Origin: Azolla caroliniana
Taxonomy: Eukaryota; Plantae; Polypodiophyta
Assembly (NCBI GenBank): GCA_043228905.1
Contig: JBHGNT010000015.1
Span: 19,096,001 to 19,160,000 of the forward strand
Reading direction: 5' to 3'
DNA length: 64,000 nt
Shown in pieces: positions 62,241-64,000 of the stretch. How positions within the stretch are numbered: position 1 is the first letter of the stretch; every line of letters begins with the position of its first letter. The position numbers and the translations under genes are program-made. Under the pieces are notes generated by a model that had not been told where the DNA came from, did no database searches, and was given only the letters and a program-made list of their open reading frames with translations.

Positions 62241-62606
62241 GGCTAGTCATTCTCTTACACAAGATGAGTTTGGGAAGGATAGTCACTTCCTTTCCAACTA
62301 TTTGGTATTTTGTCGTTGATATGCCTTTTTTAAAACTAATGGAAGGATATGTTGTTTAGAAAAAAAAAAAGAGGAAGAGAGGATACTTGAAAACGATGTA
62401 TTATCTATTATCATCGATAAAATAGAAACAATGAAAAATGGTATTGATTGATGTACTGATGTGGCTATTAAGGGCATTCAAAAGCTAAACGTTGAGAAAC
62501 CAATTTGTCGATATCGTTTCTAGTTGGGATTTGGGAGGTGGTGAGCTGCGTTGGAGCCATGTGTGAATCAAGATGAAACTCAATAAGGGCCTCAGCCAAG
62601 GGGGAA

Positions 62607-63575
62607 TGTTACGTGCATAACCAAAATTGATCATGAGATTGGTTTTCCATAGTTTCCGTTAATCTGTTGATTAGTATATGTGTATTAATTTTGAAAGGAA
62701 CGGGGGTATGAATTTTGAATAAATTTTGAATATTACAATTCATATGGTGTGGGATAACGGTTAAGTGTGTTATCACTTGATCACTTCACATTAAGTATCA
62801 AGTGTGTACAGACTAAGGCTTAGGATTTCAGCCTTTATAAGAAGGCTAGTTACCTTATTATCAGGGGAGGCTTGACTTACATTGACGCTATGTCAATATG
62901 GCAACGACTCTTGTTAGCTAAGCATGTTCAATCCTTGCAGAACCCAAGGTACAACTCACATCAGCCATCGAAGGTACGAGACATCAAGGAGGTTCGGGTC
63001 AGTCTCATGTTGTCGCGAAGGGGGGGTGGTCGGGGGTTTGACACCCCACTCTCCTTTCTTTGGTCTATAATTCCTTAATGATTTTACGTAACTGATAAGC
63101 GAGACTCTAACAACAGGGGAAGCCATGGGAAGGGCCTCGGATGCAGCAGAAGGAACTAAAGTGGCCTAAGGACAATTTACAAGTCAATAGTAAATAAGTT
63201 CTATCTTTGTAGAGAAAAACTCTATAATGGCTATGGACCCAACAAATGTGTTACTCCAAGAAGAAACTCTTCTCTTGGGGATATGTACATATATAGTAAG
63301 AAACATCAACCTCTCTTGTGACACTCTGTTCCTCTTAGACAATGGAGCTCCATTGCAAGCCCTACAAAGAGACCAATTTCTTGCTGGAGGAGAACCTCAA
63401 GGATCCTTCACAATTTTTGGACTGCAGACACAGTAGTAAGGTAAGCTACATTCATCCCCCCTTCACCATCTATAATTCTTGTTCTGAAGTTCTGCTCATT
63501 TCAAACAAGTCTCTGTTTTCCTTACACATATCACAGAGAAACCCTCAACCCCCGGATTTCAGACATAAACAAACA
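62607..63575. mobile_element. Solo LTR (969 bp)
   Basis: TGTT...AACA with perfect TSD GGGAA (62602-62606 / 63576-63580). Confidence 0.8.
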
Positions 63576-64000
63576 GGGAAATTTCTACGGATCCACGCAA
63601 GGTATAATCCTCCTTACATCAAAAAACTAGAACTTGCCTGTAGAAAAGATGCAACTTTTGTAAATAACCGTGATGGTATTGATATGCCAAACGGGCAAAT
63701 TTGGAATCAAACCGAGGTTTTGAATATGTTAAAATTGTGCCAGAAAAAGAAGGACATATGTAAGACAAAAAAGATACATGCCTATGTGCTTGAGAGAAGC
63801 TCGATCTATGCAAAGGATGCTTATATTGCCTCCGCCTTGATTACTACATATGCCAAATGTGGTGCTATGGAGAAAGCAGGAGAAGTATTCGAGCAACTTC
63901 CAGTGAGAAATATTGTTACTTGGAATGCCCTTATCACTGGATATGCCCAAAACGGCCTCGGTAATGAAGCATTGCAATGTTTCCAGAACATGAAAGATTC
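63576..64000 (+). CDS. PLS-class PPR protein, 5' part (open to window end; ATGs at 63684 and 63726)
   Basis: Manual translation: MLKLCQKKKDICKTKKIHAYVLERSSIYAKDAYIASALITTYAKCGAMEKAGEVFEQLPVRNIVTWNALITGYAQNGLGNEALQCFQNMKD. Absent from the ORF track because there is no stop in the window. Confidence 0.85.

Overview
Eukaryotic plant nuclear DNA, probably a fern or other non-seed vascular plant (inferred from PLS-type PPR repeats and the retroelement lineages). The backbone is a head-to-tail tandem array of about 85 copies (hand count) of a ~165-bp unit carrying an 82-nt tRNA-Ser(CGA) gene on the + strand. It spans 3.5-61.6 kb, with a handful of intact copies in a core at 10.8-15 kb and decaying copies outward. 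Nested mobile elements split the array: a very young Gag-only LTR element, two tRNA-Trp-primed Ty3/gypsy elements and a related solo LTR (all with CpG-centred 4-bp TSDs), two full-length and one truncated Ty1/copia elements, several solo LTRs, a fragmented intron-containing Sola2-like DNA transposon, a TIR element filled with ~50-bp palindromes, and two non-coding hairpin elements with TGTTAC...GTAACA ends. A PPR pseudogene fragment and the 5' part of a PLS-class PPR gene close the window. All coordinates and comparisons were made by eye.
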